A stretch of DNA of 38,658 nucleotides from a bacterium (GTDB lineage Bacteria > Muiribacteriota > UBA6191): NCBI GenBank assembly GCA_036339875.1, contig JAYZAC010000159.1, forward strand, positions 1 to 38,658. The letters are read 5' to 3'. The number at the start of each line of letters is the position of its first letter. The stretch's first letter is position 1. The translations under genes were made by a program, and so were the position numbers. Below the pieces are notes generated by a model. That model had not been told where the DNA came from and made no database searches. It worked only from the letters and a program-made list of their open reading frames with translations. Below, one piece after another: positions 9,535-19,032 of this stretch.

Positions 9535-10751
9535 GGCTTTTCCTTTTTCCACAGCACAAAAACAGCAATTGTCGCCAAGCCCGTAATTATGGCTAAAACT
9601 ACAAATTGATTTATGCTAGTTAAATAGTTTTTATACATTGTGAAGCCTATAGCTCCGCTAATTGCAAAATTGAACAAAGAAACGAGAGCACTCTGAAGTG
9701 CAGCTCCTTGACCTTCCATCTTGTCTTCAGCAACAGATTCTAGGTAAGCAGAGTCTACTAGATTGGTTCCTATACCAAAGATTGCTCCAATCACCACAAA
9801 CATTGCTGAGGCAAGCCAATAAAGATTTTTGTTCTCAGAGATGATTTGGGTAGGTTCCATCCACAGAATTATATGGGGGTAAGCAATAATCATTATAATT
9901 AATAGAATTCCACAAATTGATGCCACCCAATATCTTATGTGTACCATCCAGTTTGAGGCCACGTTACCAATGATAATTCCCACAGCAGCCCATAATGACA
10001 TTAGGCTACAAAGAGTCGCGCCACCGAGTTTTACTTCTTCCACAAATCCGGTTATTGACAAGCTGACTGCTCCGGCAACTCCCCAATAGACCGGGCCAGA
10101 AAGCAGAAATGGCCAATAGTTTCGGACAATTAACGCTGTATCAGAAAATATTAAGCGACTACGTTTGATAAATGGGCTTAAATTTTCGATTTTGTATCGA
10201 TTACCCAAAGATAAAATCCCAGCACCTCCGAAAACACCAATTGCTACCCATATTCCATTTTGTGGGTATGTTTCCCACATGTACATACCTACAGGTATTC
10301 CAGTAAGCATTGCTACCGTGAATATTATCGTTAGTACGCCATTAACCATTGTAGTAGTGCGACTGGAGTCGACGGCTTGGAGAGGCACTGCTGCCATTTT
10401 AGTGGAGTTAAAGAATCCTGTGATAAGTCCCGTTAGTATAATATAAACCCAAATTGAACCTATGAAATTAGTTAAATAGCCAAATAAAAGCATACCAGCT
10501 GTCAATAGAGCAGTTATCGTCATCACAATGTACTTGGGGAAAGCTGCAGCAACGGGTCCAGCAACGAAATAAATTACGGTAGGCCCTAAAGTGAGTAAAG
10601 CTCCAACGGTTTGCAGAATCCAGCCCTTATCTTGCTGGGTATACATAGTTTCGGTGATATAGCCTACACCGAAGAATTTGATGAAGCCCAAACCGAAAGA
10701 CAACAGAAAAACAGAAGAAATCAAACAAGGAAATGATATGGCAATTTTCAT
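9531..10751 (-). CDS. lplT: Lysophospholipid transporter LplT-like MFS protein
   Basis: About 12 hydrophobic segments; GPVAAAFPK and VNG...TVAMLTG resemble LplT; sits directly upstream of aas, the known lplT/aas pairing. Confidence 0.75.
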   Translation of the reverse strand: MKIAISFPCLISSVFLLSFGLGFIKFFGVGYITETMYTQQDKGWILQTVGALLTLGPTVIYFVAGPVAAAFPKYIVMTITALLTAGMLLFGYLTNFIGSIWVYIILTGLITGFFNSTKMAAVPLQAVDSSRTTTMVNGVLTIIFTVAMLTGIPVGMYMWETYPQNGIWVAIGVFGGAGILSLGNRYKIENLSPFIKRSRLIFSDTALIVRNYWPFLLSGPVYWGVAGAVSLSITGFVEEVKLGGATLCSLMSLWAAVGIIIGNVASNWMVHIRYWVASICGILLIIMIIAYPHIILWMEPTQIISENKNLYWLASAMFVVIGAIFGIGTNLVDSAYLESVAEDKMEGQGAALQSALVSLFNFAISGAIGFTMYKNYLTSINQFVVLAIITGLATIAVFVLWKKEKP

Positions 10752-10815
10752 GACTGCCTCTCGCTTTCAACTTTCATGGACGTTTTACTGGGTCGGGATT
10801 GAGCGTAGCATATCA

Positions 10816-11433
10816 TTATTGAGGAGTACACCATAAATGATCCTTGATAAAATTCATAGCTAACGAGATTTGTTGACTCTTGAATTCCTCCGTATGTGCT
10901 TCATCAATGGGTAGAAACTGCATTTGCCCAAGACCACTACCCCAATGAACTAAAACCCATGCCAAATGACGGACTTTTTCTTGTTTTTGTTCATTTAATC
11001 GATGATAGCTAATTATCCGATTGAGATGCTCCTCCAAGAAATTACAGAATTGCGTGTAAATCGAAGCAATGGCATCGCTCAAGCTAGGTTCAAGTTGTTC
11101 AGCACACAATCTTTGTAAAAGCTGAAAACCGACACTTTCTGAACTTGGGTTGTAACTAAAGTCAGCTGCAATGTGAAAAAGTGCTTCAAGGGGATCAATT
11201 TCTGTTGCAACAATTTTGTGCCAATTTTCCATCTGCTTCTTGCCGGTATCTAATATACAAGCCAACACGATAGCATCTTTATTTTTGAAGCATCGATATA
11301 AGATCATCTCTGCGATTCCGATTTTTTTACTAAGTGCCTTGGTGGTGACACTATGGTATCCAGTAGCGCCTAGCATTCTAGTGGCTTCTCTGATGATTTC
11401 AATTTGTCGCTCTGTAGTTGATTTTCTGGTCAT
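10816..11433 (-). CDS. TetR/AcrR family transcriptional regulator
   Basis: N-terminal HTH GYHSVTTKALSKKIGIAEMILYRCFKNKDAI. Confidence 0.9.
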   Translation of the reverse strand: MTRKSTTERQIEIIREATRMLGATGYHSVTTKALSKKIGIAEMILYRCFKNKDAIVLACILDTGKKQMENWHKIVATEIDPLEALFHIAADFSYNPSSESVGFQLLQRLCAEQLEPSLSDAIASIYTQFCNFLEEHLNRIISYHRLNEQKQEKVRHLAWVLVHWGSGLGQMQFLPIDEAHTEEFKSQQISLAMNFIKDHLWCTPQ

Positions 11434-11439
11434 ACCGCT

Positions 11440-11469
11440 ATTATGTTAGTATAGACTAACAAATGTCAA
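11440..11469 (-). promoter_or_regulatory. Sigma70-type promoter of tetR (TTGACA-N18-CATAAT) containing an inverted-repeat operator TGTTAGT-N4-ACTAACA (11444..11461)
   Basis: Minus strand reads TTGACA tttgttagtctatactaa CATAAT agcggt ATG. The perfect 7-bp arms lie over the spacer and touch the -10 box. Confidence 0.7.
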
Positions 11470-11475
11470 GTTGAA

Positions 11476-12645
11476 TCATAAAATTTCGAAATAATTTAAG
11501 ATCAGAACTAATATCAGAATGAAAACTATTTTAAGACCAAATTTCAAACCCTTCTCTAAAAACTCAACTTTAGTCTTAAGCTTTTGTGCTTTACCAATTG
11601 CATGATTAAGTTGTTTTTGAGTTTTAAGATAGTAGTCAGTTTTTTTTGGGTCGGGAAATCTTTGGGTACATCCTATGAATTGGTGGTCTTTTTGGATTAA
11701 TAAAAGAGCAATGATTTTGAATTCTGTCTTTACAATTTTTGGGAAAATTTCATGTGACAAATCGTATCTATCGGCAAGAACAAGCGATCTTAATAACTTT
11801 ACTAGATGACGATCTTGTCCCTTTTCCCAGCGACTATCAAGTAGTTCTCTGAGTTTATTAAAGCTATCATCAATAGATGCTTTAGTTACCAACTGTAGCA
11901 TAATAATAGCGTTGAGATCTTCTACACCCTCAATCTCATTGTTCATTGAATTGAGAAGTAAGCTAAAATCAAGGTGGTTGAAACTTTGACCATAAATTTG
12001 CTTAGCGGACCAAAGTCTTTCGGCAAGGAGATTCAACCAGCTTTTTTCCGTTAGACTATTAAGATCATATTGTGTTGGAGAGAGAAATCCTGCTTTAAGT
12101 AGCATAGCGGTTTCAGGTTCTATTTTTTTAAGGAGATTTGAGTAAGGGGCCAAATTAAGATCGTTTTTAGATGAATAGCCAAGCAGATGTATTATTAACT
12201 CAAATTGCTCCCACGCGGTAAAAAAGTCGTCTGAATCTAACCCGATGAATAGATCAAAACAGTTTTTAAATCTGCCACTTATGAATTGATAGGCAATAAT
12301 CTCCCCTCTTTGTACAGGTGTTATAGGAGTTTTGGAGTTTTGAGTTAATTTGATATAAGTCTTCCTTATACTTTCCTCCAGAGTATTTTCATCTTGAAGA
12401 TAAGCACCTAAAATATTAGGAATCTCAACATAAGCACTGGCTGGGATTGATAATTGCATTGGAATTTGTTTTTGATAGTCTTTCGGTAGCTTTTGATCGG
12501 CTATGTTCTCATTGGAGCGAGTCGATGCAAGTAAAAGCCATTCATAAGTTCTTATGTAATCAGGTTCGAGAAGCTGCATCCATGGGAGGATTTGATTATA
12601 GGAATCGGGCCAGTAGGACTGGTTTACAGGGCTTGTCCAAGTCAT
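11476..12645 (-). CDS. Hypothetical helical protein with a C-terminal membrane anchor
   Basis: 389-aa ORF ending in a hydrophobic stretch (IVFILILVLILNYF); no motif recognised. Confidence 0.6.
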   Translation of the reverse strand: MTWTSPVNQSYWPDSYNQILPWMQLLEPDYIRTYEWLLLASTRSNENIADQKLPKDYQKQIPMQLSIPASAYVEIPNILGAYLQDENTLEESIRKTYIKLTQNSKTPITPVQRGEIIAYQFISGRFKNCFDLFIGLDSDDFFTAWEQFELIIHLLGYSSKNDLNLAPYSNLLKKIEPETAMLLKAGFLSPTQYDLNSLTEKSWLNLLAERLWSAKQIYGQSFNHLDFSLLLNSMNNEIEGVEDLNAIIMLQLVTKASIDDSFNKLRELLDSRWEKGQDRHLVKLLRSLVLADRYDLSHEIFPKIVKTEFKIIALLLIQKDHQFIGCTQRFPDPKKTDYYLKTQKQLNHAIGKAQKLKTKVEFLEKGLKFGLKIVFILILVLILNYFEIL

Positions 12646-12828
12646 AAGAGTATTTCTATGTGTAACAAAATAAATGGTCTTTTACAGAACTGCAAAGTAT
12701 AGATGAAATGCACATCGATTTTATGTAAGAAATTCTATGAAAATCTAATATTCAAATTCTTAAATGAATTGAACTGCTACTTGTGTATCAAAGTAAACGC
12801 TGGTATAACAGTGCTCTTGGAGTACACT

Positions 12829-14628
12829 ATGAATAAACAAGTTCAAGCCGGAGCCTGGGACCACAGCCACATTTACAGTTCGCTGGAAGATCTTCGAATA
12901 GAAAAAGAAATTTCGCGGATAAATTCGGTAATTGATTGCCTGTGTCCCTTAAGCGAAGTACTTCAGCAGCAGTTGCAGTCGGAATTAGTTGAAAATGCAG
13001 AATTACTTGAAATTTTGTGGAAATCTGCTCGTTTAATTAGTGAAAGTTTGACTCCTATGTCGAACCTTCAGGCACTTGCATTAGCCGAGACCAGCGTAGA
13101 CAGTCAGAATAAGTCCGCTAGGAATCTACAGCTTAATCTTCAGAAGCTTGGTGTAAACCTGATAAAAGCTTGTAATCCATTTAATCTGTGTATGGATCGG
13201 GTTAGCGATTCTTTTTTAACAAGATTTCTTGAACCGGAGGAATTTAAGAAGAAGGAGTTTCTACTTAGAATATCCAGAAAATTCCGACCATTTCAACTGC
13301 CGCTGGAGCAGGAAAATTTGCTGTCATCTATGGCTCCTCACGGTTTACGTAGTTGGCAGAGCCTCTACGAAGATCTCAGTTCTAAAGTACCAGTGAGTTT
13401 AAATGGAGAAGATACATCAGTTGCTCAAGCTATGGGTCTACTCGAAAACCCAGATTCCTCCAAGCGTAAGTTAGCTTACTTGGGTCTTGATAAAAATTAT
13501 CATATCTTTAGACATAGCTATGCCCGTATTCTAACGAGTCAGGTCAAATGGAGATTAACTGAGCAAAAACAGCGTTCGATGAGTAGTGAAATGCACTTTC
13601 TTGACGAGCCTTTGCAAATGGGAAGACTCACTCGAAATACCCTAGAATCTATGAATTCAAGTGTTGAGAATTTCCGTCCCAGATTGCAGCCTATCCTAAA
13701 GCGTATGGCTAAGTATTTTGAGAAGGAGAAGTTGGACCCATGGGATTTATTAGCACAGGCACCTCTTAAAGAACCTATTGAGTTTAGTTATAAGGAAGCT
13801 ATGGATCTCATAGAAGGTGCGTATCGAGAAATAAATCCAGAGATGGGTGATTTTGTGCGCATGATGGTTGATAATCGATGGATTGATGTACGAAAAGGTG
13901 AATACAGACGTCCATCCGCCTTTGCTTTTCATTTTCAAAGTCCAATGGAACCAAGGGTTTTCGGTACTTACATGGGTACAATGAAATCACTACGAATGTT
14001 GGCACATGAAGTTGGTCATGCATATCATTTTTGGTGCTTGCGAGATCAACCTGAGGAATATCAACGCTACCCTTTAACTCTTGCTGAAACTGCCAGTATC
14101 TTTGGTGAGTTGAGTCTAGGTAGATACCTACAAAATCATCCTAATGAGCCAGTCAGGCGACTTTCAGCATGGCAGGATGGACAGAGTGTTTTGACTTATA
14201 TGTTAAATATACCGATGCGTTTTGATTTTGAAAAAAAGTTGTATGAACGTGGCGAAGAACACCTAGAAGCTGAAGATCTGTGTGAAATGATGAGCGAAGT
14301 TTGCATGGATTGGTACGGTTTTGAAGGTTTATCACAACCTATGCAGTATTTCTGGGCATCAAAATTACACTTTAATCTGGCGTATTTTTATAATTATCCT
14401 TATACTTTCGGTTACCTTCTAGCGCAGGCTCTCTTTGACGAGTACCTTGATAAACCAGCAGATTTTCATTCCCGTTATACGAGATTTCTGCGTGGTACTG
14501 GTAAATTAAACTGTGAAAATCTTATCAGTAATGAATTGGGGGAAAACTGCGAGCGATTAGCATTCTGGGAGCGCGGCACTAAAATGGCTGAGGGTCGGGT
14601 ACAGCATTTTATGGATTTGTTTAACTAG
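12829..14628 (+). CDS. pepF: Oligoendopeptidase F (M3B zinc peptidase)
   Basis: HEVGHAYH zinc motif, LAETASIF, and HF...FYNYPYTFG. Likely start ATG12829 after a GGAG SD; the ORF track starts at 12703. Confidence 0.9.
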   Translation: MNKQVQAGAWDHSHIYSSLEDLRIEKEISRINSVIDCLCPLSEVLQQQLQSELVENAELLEILWKSARLISESLTPMSNLQALALAETSVDSQNKSARNLQLNLQKLGVNLIKACNPFNLCMDRVSDSFLTRFLEPEEFKKKEFLLRISRKFRPFQLPLEQENLLSSMAPHGLRSWQSLYEDLSSKVPVSLNGEDTSVAQAMGLLENPDSSKRKLAYLGLDKNYHIFRHSYARILTSQVKWRLTEQKQRSMSSEMHFLDEPLQMGRLTRNTLESMNSSVENFRPRLQPILKRMAKYFEKEKLDPWDLLAQAPLKEPIEFSYKEAMDLIEGAYREINPEMGDFVRMMVDNRWIDVRKGEYRRPSAFAFHFQSPMEPRVFGTYMGTMKSLRMLAHEVGHAYHFWCLRDQPEEYQRYPLTLAETASIFGELSLGRYLQNHPNEPVRRLSAWQDGQSVLTYMLNIPMRFDFEKKLYERGEEHLEAEDLCEMMSEVCMDWYGFEGLSQPMQYFWASKLHFNLAYFYNYPYTFGYLLAQALFDEYLDKPADFHSRYTRFLRGTGKLNCENLISNELGENCERLAFWERGTKMAEGRVQHFMDLFN

Positions 14629-14636
14629 GGAGAAAA

Positions 14637-15695
14637 CTAGATAAATTGTAGTTTCTCGGACAGAATGTTGTGGTCAATAGCAAACGCTTTTCGGTCATTT
14701 AAGCCCACACAATCAGTAGCGTTAAGCAATGCATTCCAGACCGCGTCATGTACTAATTCAGACACTGCTTCGAAAACAGAGTCCAGCATCCCTGAATCAA
14801 ACACCTTAAATTGCCCAGACTTTTGTTTAGGAAATTTGTTTGAGGTACTAAAGCATAAAATAATATCACCTGAATCATGATGGCCATAACAGCCTAAAGA
14901 GCCAAGACCTAATGACGCTCTTTTCGCCAATCGATCGCACTGTAAAGGCAGTAATGGTATGTCAGTTGCAATTGTTACGAGTATCGATCCTTTTGAACGA
15001 GGTTTATCCCAAGGCGAAGAGATAATATTGAGTGGGATGTTTCGTCCGATTGGAAATCCCTGAATACGTAAGTCTTTGCGGTTTCCATAATTAGCTTGAA
15101 CCATTCCTCCTAAAGTGAAAGATTCTCCAGAAATGGTGACTGTTTTTGATGCCGTACCAATTCCTCCTTTGAATTCATGACATATCATACCGGTTCCACC
15201 GCCGATATTACCTTGATCAGAAGGTCCGATATTAGCAGTTTCAATTGCCTTAATAACTTCAGAATTACTGACTCCAGGCAAACTATCATCACTTAGCCAA
15301 CTGTCATCGGTTTCTAAAACAATAGGCATGTAATGATAATCCTGAATATTTTTTTGGATAGCTAACTGATAAATAGTATCTCGCACAAGACCTAAACTTG
15401 CAGTAGATGTCAATGCAATAGGCCCTTGGAGTGAACCTGTTTCTTTAATCCAGGGGTAACCACTGAAATCTCCACACCCATTTAAAATATATGTGCCAGC
15501 CGGATAACACCAATGCCATGGACTATTGAGATCTGGTAGGATTATCGTTACTCCTGTCCGATTGACAACAGGTTCATCTCTAATTACGTTGCGGTGTCCT
15601 ACGGCTAAACCAGGTACATCAGTGATACAATTTTTAGGTCCGGAAGGAAAATCTCTTGGGCCAATCCAGGTACGAACATCATGCATTTTAGTCAT
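14637..15695 (-). CDS. dmpA: DmpA-type P1/S58 aminopeptidase (L-aminopeptidase/D-esterase, beta-peptidyl aminopeptidase family)
   Basis: Motifs NCITDVPGLAVGH, GNIGGGTGM, FKGGIGTAS, VQANYG, the G/S autoprocessing site KGSIL, and SGDI. Confidence 0.88.
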   Translation of the reverse strand: MTKMHDVRTWIGPRDFPSGPKNCITDVPGLAVGHRNVIRDEPVVNRTGVTIILPDLNSPWHWCYPAGTYILNGCGDFSGYPWIKETGSLQGPIALTSTASLGLVRDTIYQLAIQKNIQDYHYMPIVLETDDSWLSDDSLPGVSNSEVIKAIETANIGPSDQGNIGGGTGMICHEFKGGIGTASKTVTISGESFTLGGMVQANYGNRKDLRIQGFPIGRNIPLNIISSPWDKPRSKGSILVTIATDIPLLPLQCDRLAKRASLGLGSLGCYGHHDSGDIILCFSTSNKFPKQKSGQFKVFDSGMLDSVFEAVSELVHDAVWNALLNATDCVGLNDRKAFAIDHNILSEKLQFI

Positions 15696-15701
15696 TTTAT
15701 C

Positions 15702-15730
15702 ATTCTAAAAATTGAGTGAATTAATTACAA
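15702..15730 (-). promoter_or_regulatory. Sigma70-type promoter of dmpA (TTGTAA-N17-TAGAAT), 6 nt before the ATG
   Basis: Minus strand reads TTGTAA ttaattcactcaatttt TAGAAT gataaa ATG; no SD sequence. Confidence 0.5.
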
Positions 15731-16780
15731 GATTTGCAGGTTTAAACGCGGCGATAGAGCGAGGTTCATAATTGTGTGATAATTAGGCGTGCAATCGACA
15801 AAACCTCCAACTTGTAATGATTCTCCATGGTTTACTAGGACTGTGAGATCGGAACTTGACCCTATCCATTCTAAATAATTTGGAAAGTTTATATATTGAG
15901 GGTCAAAATCAACTCTACCAGCTCCTAGTAAAATACGCTGCATTTTATCCTTAGGCTCTGTGTTGAAAACCTCCCCGAAGCTATTTAGTACTAAGTCTTC
16001 GGTATTAATCGTATGCTCTTTTTGATGTGCTTCAACAATTGGTAATTTGAGTCGAAATGCATTTGCTAGCCCAAGGATTGATTTAGATGTTCCAGGTAAT
16101 GTTCCACAGAATAAAGCTTCTCCTATTCGCACATTCCAATCTATATCCGGCCAGAATTTCCGATGAATTTGATTCCATGATTCAAGATATGGTAACGCGG
16201 AAGAATTTCCTATCGAGAGCATATTAAATGATACTTTTTCTCTAATTTTCGTGGCAACTTCTAATAGTTCATTGATATGTTTATCGGTTAATTGGACTCC
16301 TGCAAAGCAACTTAAATTGATTGCCAATCCTCGAATAACTAGGGGATCGATGTTTTCTAATTTATCTAGATTCTGCAATAGAAAATCTACTGGAAAACCC
16401 TCGCGCCAGTCTCCCATATCAATCATAAGTAGTACTTCATGAGATTCATCAGCCTGCTTACAAGCACTTTGAAATTCTTGCAGAGTGACAAAATTGGAAT
16501 GTACCGAGAGGTTTGATCCTCTAATTACATTTAAAGCATCTTGTGGCGAGGTAATACAAAGAGTCCAACGCTCAGAGAACTGCCCGCTACTGAGATTTTG
16601 TGGATATGAATCTGCGATTACTTGTATTCCCAATTCTTCCATTACTTCAAGCAAAGCAGGGTGTGACTGTACGACCTTACTGACTATCGTGATACTGAAA
16701 TCTTTATCATCGAGGTAAGATTTTAAGACACTCCAGTTTCTACTGAGAATATCTCTATTTATATCTAACGTTAGTTTCAC
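15725..16780 (-). CDS. PLP-dependent amino-acid racemase, ornithine-racemase/YhfX-like (alanine racemase N-terminal barrel)
   Basis: Motifs VSKV (PLP lysine), IADS, LMIDMGDWREG, INLSCFAG, SIGNSS, RIGEALFCG and GSSSD. Confidence 0.8.
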   Translation of the reverse strand: MKLTLDINRDILSRNWSVLKSYLDDKDFSITIVSKVVQSHPALLEVMEELGIQVIADSYPQNLSSGQFSERWTLCITSPQDALNVIRGSNLSVHSNFVTLQEFQSACKQADESHEVLLMIDMGDWREGFPVDFLLQNLDKLENIDPLVIRGLAINLSCFAGVQLTDKHINELLEVATKIREKVSFNMLSIGNSSALPYLESWNQIHRKFWPDIDWNVRIGEALFCGTLPGTSKSILGLANAFRLKLPIVEAHQKEHTINTEDLVLNSFGEVFNTEPKDKMQRILLGAGRVDFDPQYINFPNYLEWIGSSSDLTVLVNHGESLQVGGFVDCTPNYHTIMNLALSPRLNLQIL

Positions 16781-17341
16781 TCAGGGTTTTTGCCAGTAAT
16801 GCTCAGGACTTTCTTCAATTAGATTTGCGTATCGAGATAAAACAAAGAGAAAATCTGAAAGTCTATTTAAGTATGGTAGAACAAATTCTGAGGTGACCTC
16901 CACCCTTCTTAAAGCTACCAAGATACGTTCAGCACGGCGACAGACAGTTCTAGCCTGATGTAAAAAGCATGAAAATGTAGTCCCTCCAGGCAGAATAAAC
17001 TCTACTAATGGTTTTAGTTCTTCTTGACAGGTATCCATCATCTCTTCAAGTGCTTCCACATGACGAGATTCAATACCGGCTACAGGATACTTCTTCTTGT
17101 CTTCCTCTAAGATACAAAGGTCAGAACCAAGAGTGAATAATTCATTTTGAATAGACTTGAGCCATTGAGAAAGTCGAGCATCCTTGCAATGTGCCCGAGC
17201 TATTCCAATAATAGAATTCAGCTCATCCACCGTTCCAAAGGCTTCGATTCTAAGAGAATCTTTCGGAACTCTTTGACCGCCTCCTAGGCCAGTATCACCC
17301 TCGTCTCCAGTCCGCGTATATACTTTTGTGATGCGATGCAT
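16781..17341 (-). CDS. pduO: ATP:cob(I)alamin adenosyltransferase, PduO type
   Basis: Motifs KVYTRTGDEGDT, RIEAFGTVDELNS, FILPGG, RTVCRRAER and YLNRLSDFLF. Start ATG17341; the ORF track extends to 17431. Confidence 0.92.
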   Translation of the reverse strand: MHRITKVYTRTGDEGDTGLGGGQRVPKDSLRIEAFGTVDELNSIIGIARAHCKDARLSQWLKSIQNELFTLGSDLCILEEDKKKYPVAGIESRHVEALEEMMDTCQEELKPLVEFILPGGTTFSCFLHQARTVCRRAERILVALRRVEVTSEFVLPYLNRLSDFLFVLSRYANLIEESPEHYWQKP

Positions 17342-17405
17342 AAAAACCCCTAATAAAACAAAATATGCTAAAGTGCTCGCCATTGTAAAACAGTGGGGAA
17401 ATTTT

Positions 17406-19022
17406 ATGAACCTGGAATCGTATTTGCACACATTTAATCATTATCTGACGGGCTTGCCAGAACAGTTTCCATGGTTCGTTGCTTTTTTGTTAGGGACGGG
17501 AATTTTTGTCACTCTTCGCTTGGGATTTATTCAGTTTAGAAGACTTAAGCATGCCTCCGATGTTGTAGCAGGCAAATATGATAATCCCGATGACGAGGGA
17601 GATGTTACTCATTTTCAAGCTTTAACTGTTGCTTTGAGTGCCACAGTTGGTGTAGGTAATATTGCCGGTGTGGCGATTGCCATTCATTGGGCAGGTCCGG
17701 GAGCAATTTTCTGGATGTGGATGACGGCTATTTTTGGGATGGCTCTAAAATATGCTGAATGTACACTCGCCATAAAATATAGAGAGTTTGATGATCAAGG
17801 CAATGCTGCTGGTGGTCCAATGTATTACATCGAGAAAGGGCTAGGTATTAAATGGCCGGCAATATTTTTCTCAATTTGTGCTGTAATCTGCTCTTTTGGA
17901 ACTGGAAATATGGCTCAATCAAATACCATAGCTAGTGTTTCCAAAGATATAATAGCTCCCGCTTTAATTGGCCTAATATTGGCCGTTGTGGTCGGCGCGG
18001 TAATTATAGGCGGTGTCAAGCGTATTGCATCAGTTACCGATAAGCTCCTTCCAGGTATGGCAATTCTTTATTTTGGTAGCTGTGCATTAATTCTTCTCAT
18101 GCACATGGGGGATGTTCCTGCTGCGTTAATGTCGATCTTTGAGAATGCTTTTAGTACTAAAAGTGCATTTGGCGGTACTGCAGCAGCAGGATTCTCTGCA
18201 ATCATGCTCAAAGGTGTTCAAAGAGGTTTATTTTCTAACGAAGCCGGTCAAGGCTCTGCTCCAATTGCACATGCCAGTGCCAAAACGGATGAACCTGTCC
18301 GTGAAGGTCTTGTGGCGATGACAGGCCCTCTGATTGATACTTTAATAATTTGTACACTTACAGCTTCCACAATTTTAGTTACTGGGGTATGGAACCAAAA
18401 ATTCGAACAGAAATTTGATTATCGTAATTTAGAGGTGGCCAGTTCAATTGTAGGTGGGTCTCCTGTTCTTTACAGTGGTAATGTTCAGTTTGTTGATGGC
18501 GTCCTTCAGACTCACGTTTTTGAATATAATCATGCTAGTATTGATGAACATAGTCTCAAGCTCGATGGTAAATTGTTTTCAGGAACGGTTGCTGCTAAAA
18601 ATGGTAATTTAATGCTACCAGAGGGAGATTTCTCTTTTACTGGAAAAGCCCTTTTAACCGGCGCTAATCTTACAGCAAAAGCTTTCAAAATTGGCTTATC
18701 CTCGCTTATAAATTGGGGTGATTGGATTGTCGATTTTTCTGTTCTTCTATTTGCCCTTTCAACAATTATAGGCTGGAGTTATTACGGGGATCGATCTTTT
18801 CAATATCTTTTCGGTGTGAAATATTTACTGGTCTATCGAATTCTATATCTTGCGTTTGTCTTTATTGGAAGCATAACTGCACTGGATATCGTTTGGGCGT
18901 TCGGAGACATTGCATTGAGTTTAATGACCATTCCGAACTTAATGGCTGTATTGCTTCTTAGTGGCGTGGTTGTAAATCAAACCAATGAATACTTTACAAG
19001 GGAGCATAAGCCTTTTAAGTAA
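17406..19022 (+). CDS. agcS: Alanine/glycine:cation symporter (AGCS family)
   Basis: Motifs ALSATVGVGNIAGVA, GPGAIFWMW, GGPMYYI, RGLFSNEAGQGS, FALSTIIGWSYYG and MTIPNL. Likely start ATG17406. Confidence 0.93.
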   Translation: MNLESYLHTFNHYLTGLPEQFPWFVAFLLGTGIFVTLRLGFIQFRRLKHASDVVAGKYDNPDDEGDVTHFQALTVALSATVGVGNIAGVAIAIHWAGPGAIFWMWMTAIFGMALKYAECTLAIKYREFDDQGNAAGGPMYYIEKGLGIKWPAIFFSICAVICSFGTGNMAQSNTIASVSKDIIAPALIGLILAVVVGAVIIGGVKRIASVTDKLLPGMAILYFGSCALILLMHMGDVPAALMSIFENAFSTKSAFGGTAAAGFSAIMLKGVQRGLFSNEAGQGSAPIAHASAKTDEPVREGLVAMTGPLIDTLIICTLTASTILVTGVWNQKFEQKFDYRNLEVASSIVGGSPVLYSGNVQFVDGVLQTHVFEYNHASIDEHSLKLDGKLFSGTVAAKNGNLMLPEGDFSFTGKALLTGANLTAKAFKIGLSSLINWGDWIVDFSVLLFALSTIIGWSYYGDRSFQYLFGVKYLLVYRILYLAFVFIGSITALDIVWAFGDIALSLMTIPNLMAVLLLSGVVVNQTNEYFTREHKPFK

Positions 19023-19032
19023 CATTCAGATA

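Noticed and set aside
7016..10446. Series of short plus-strand ORFs (60-100 aa) opposite aas and lplT, and similar ones opposite fliP, the PP2C gene, gltX and pckA
   Set aside because: They are Ser/Ile-rich antisense shadows of well-supported genes and show no motifs.
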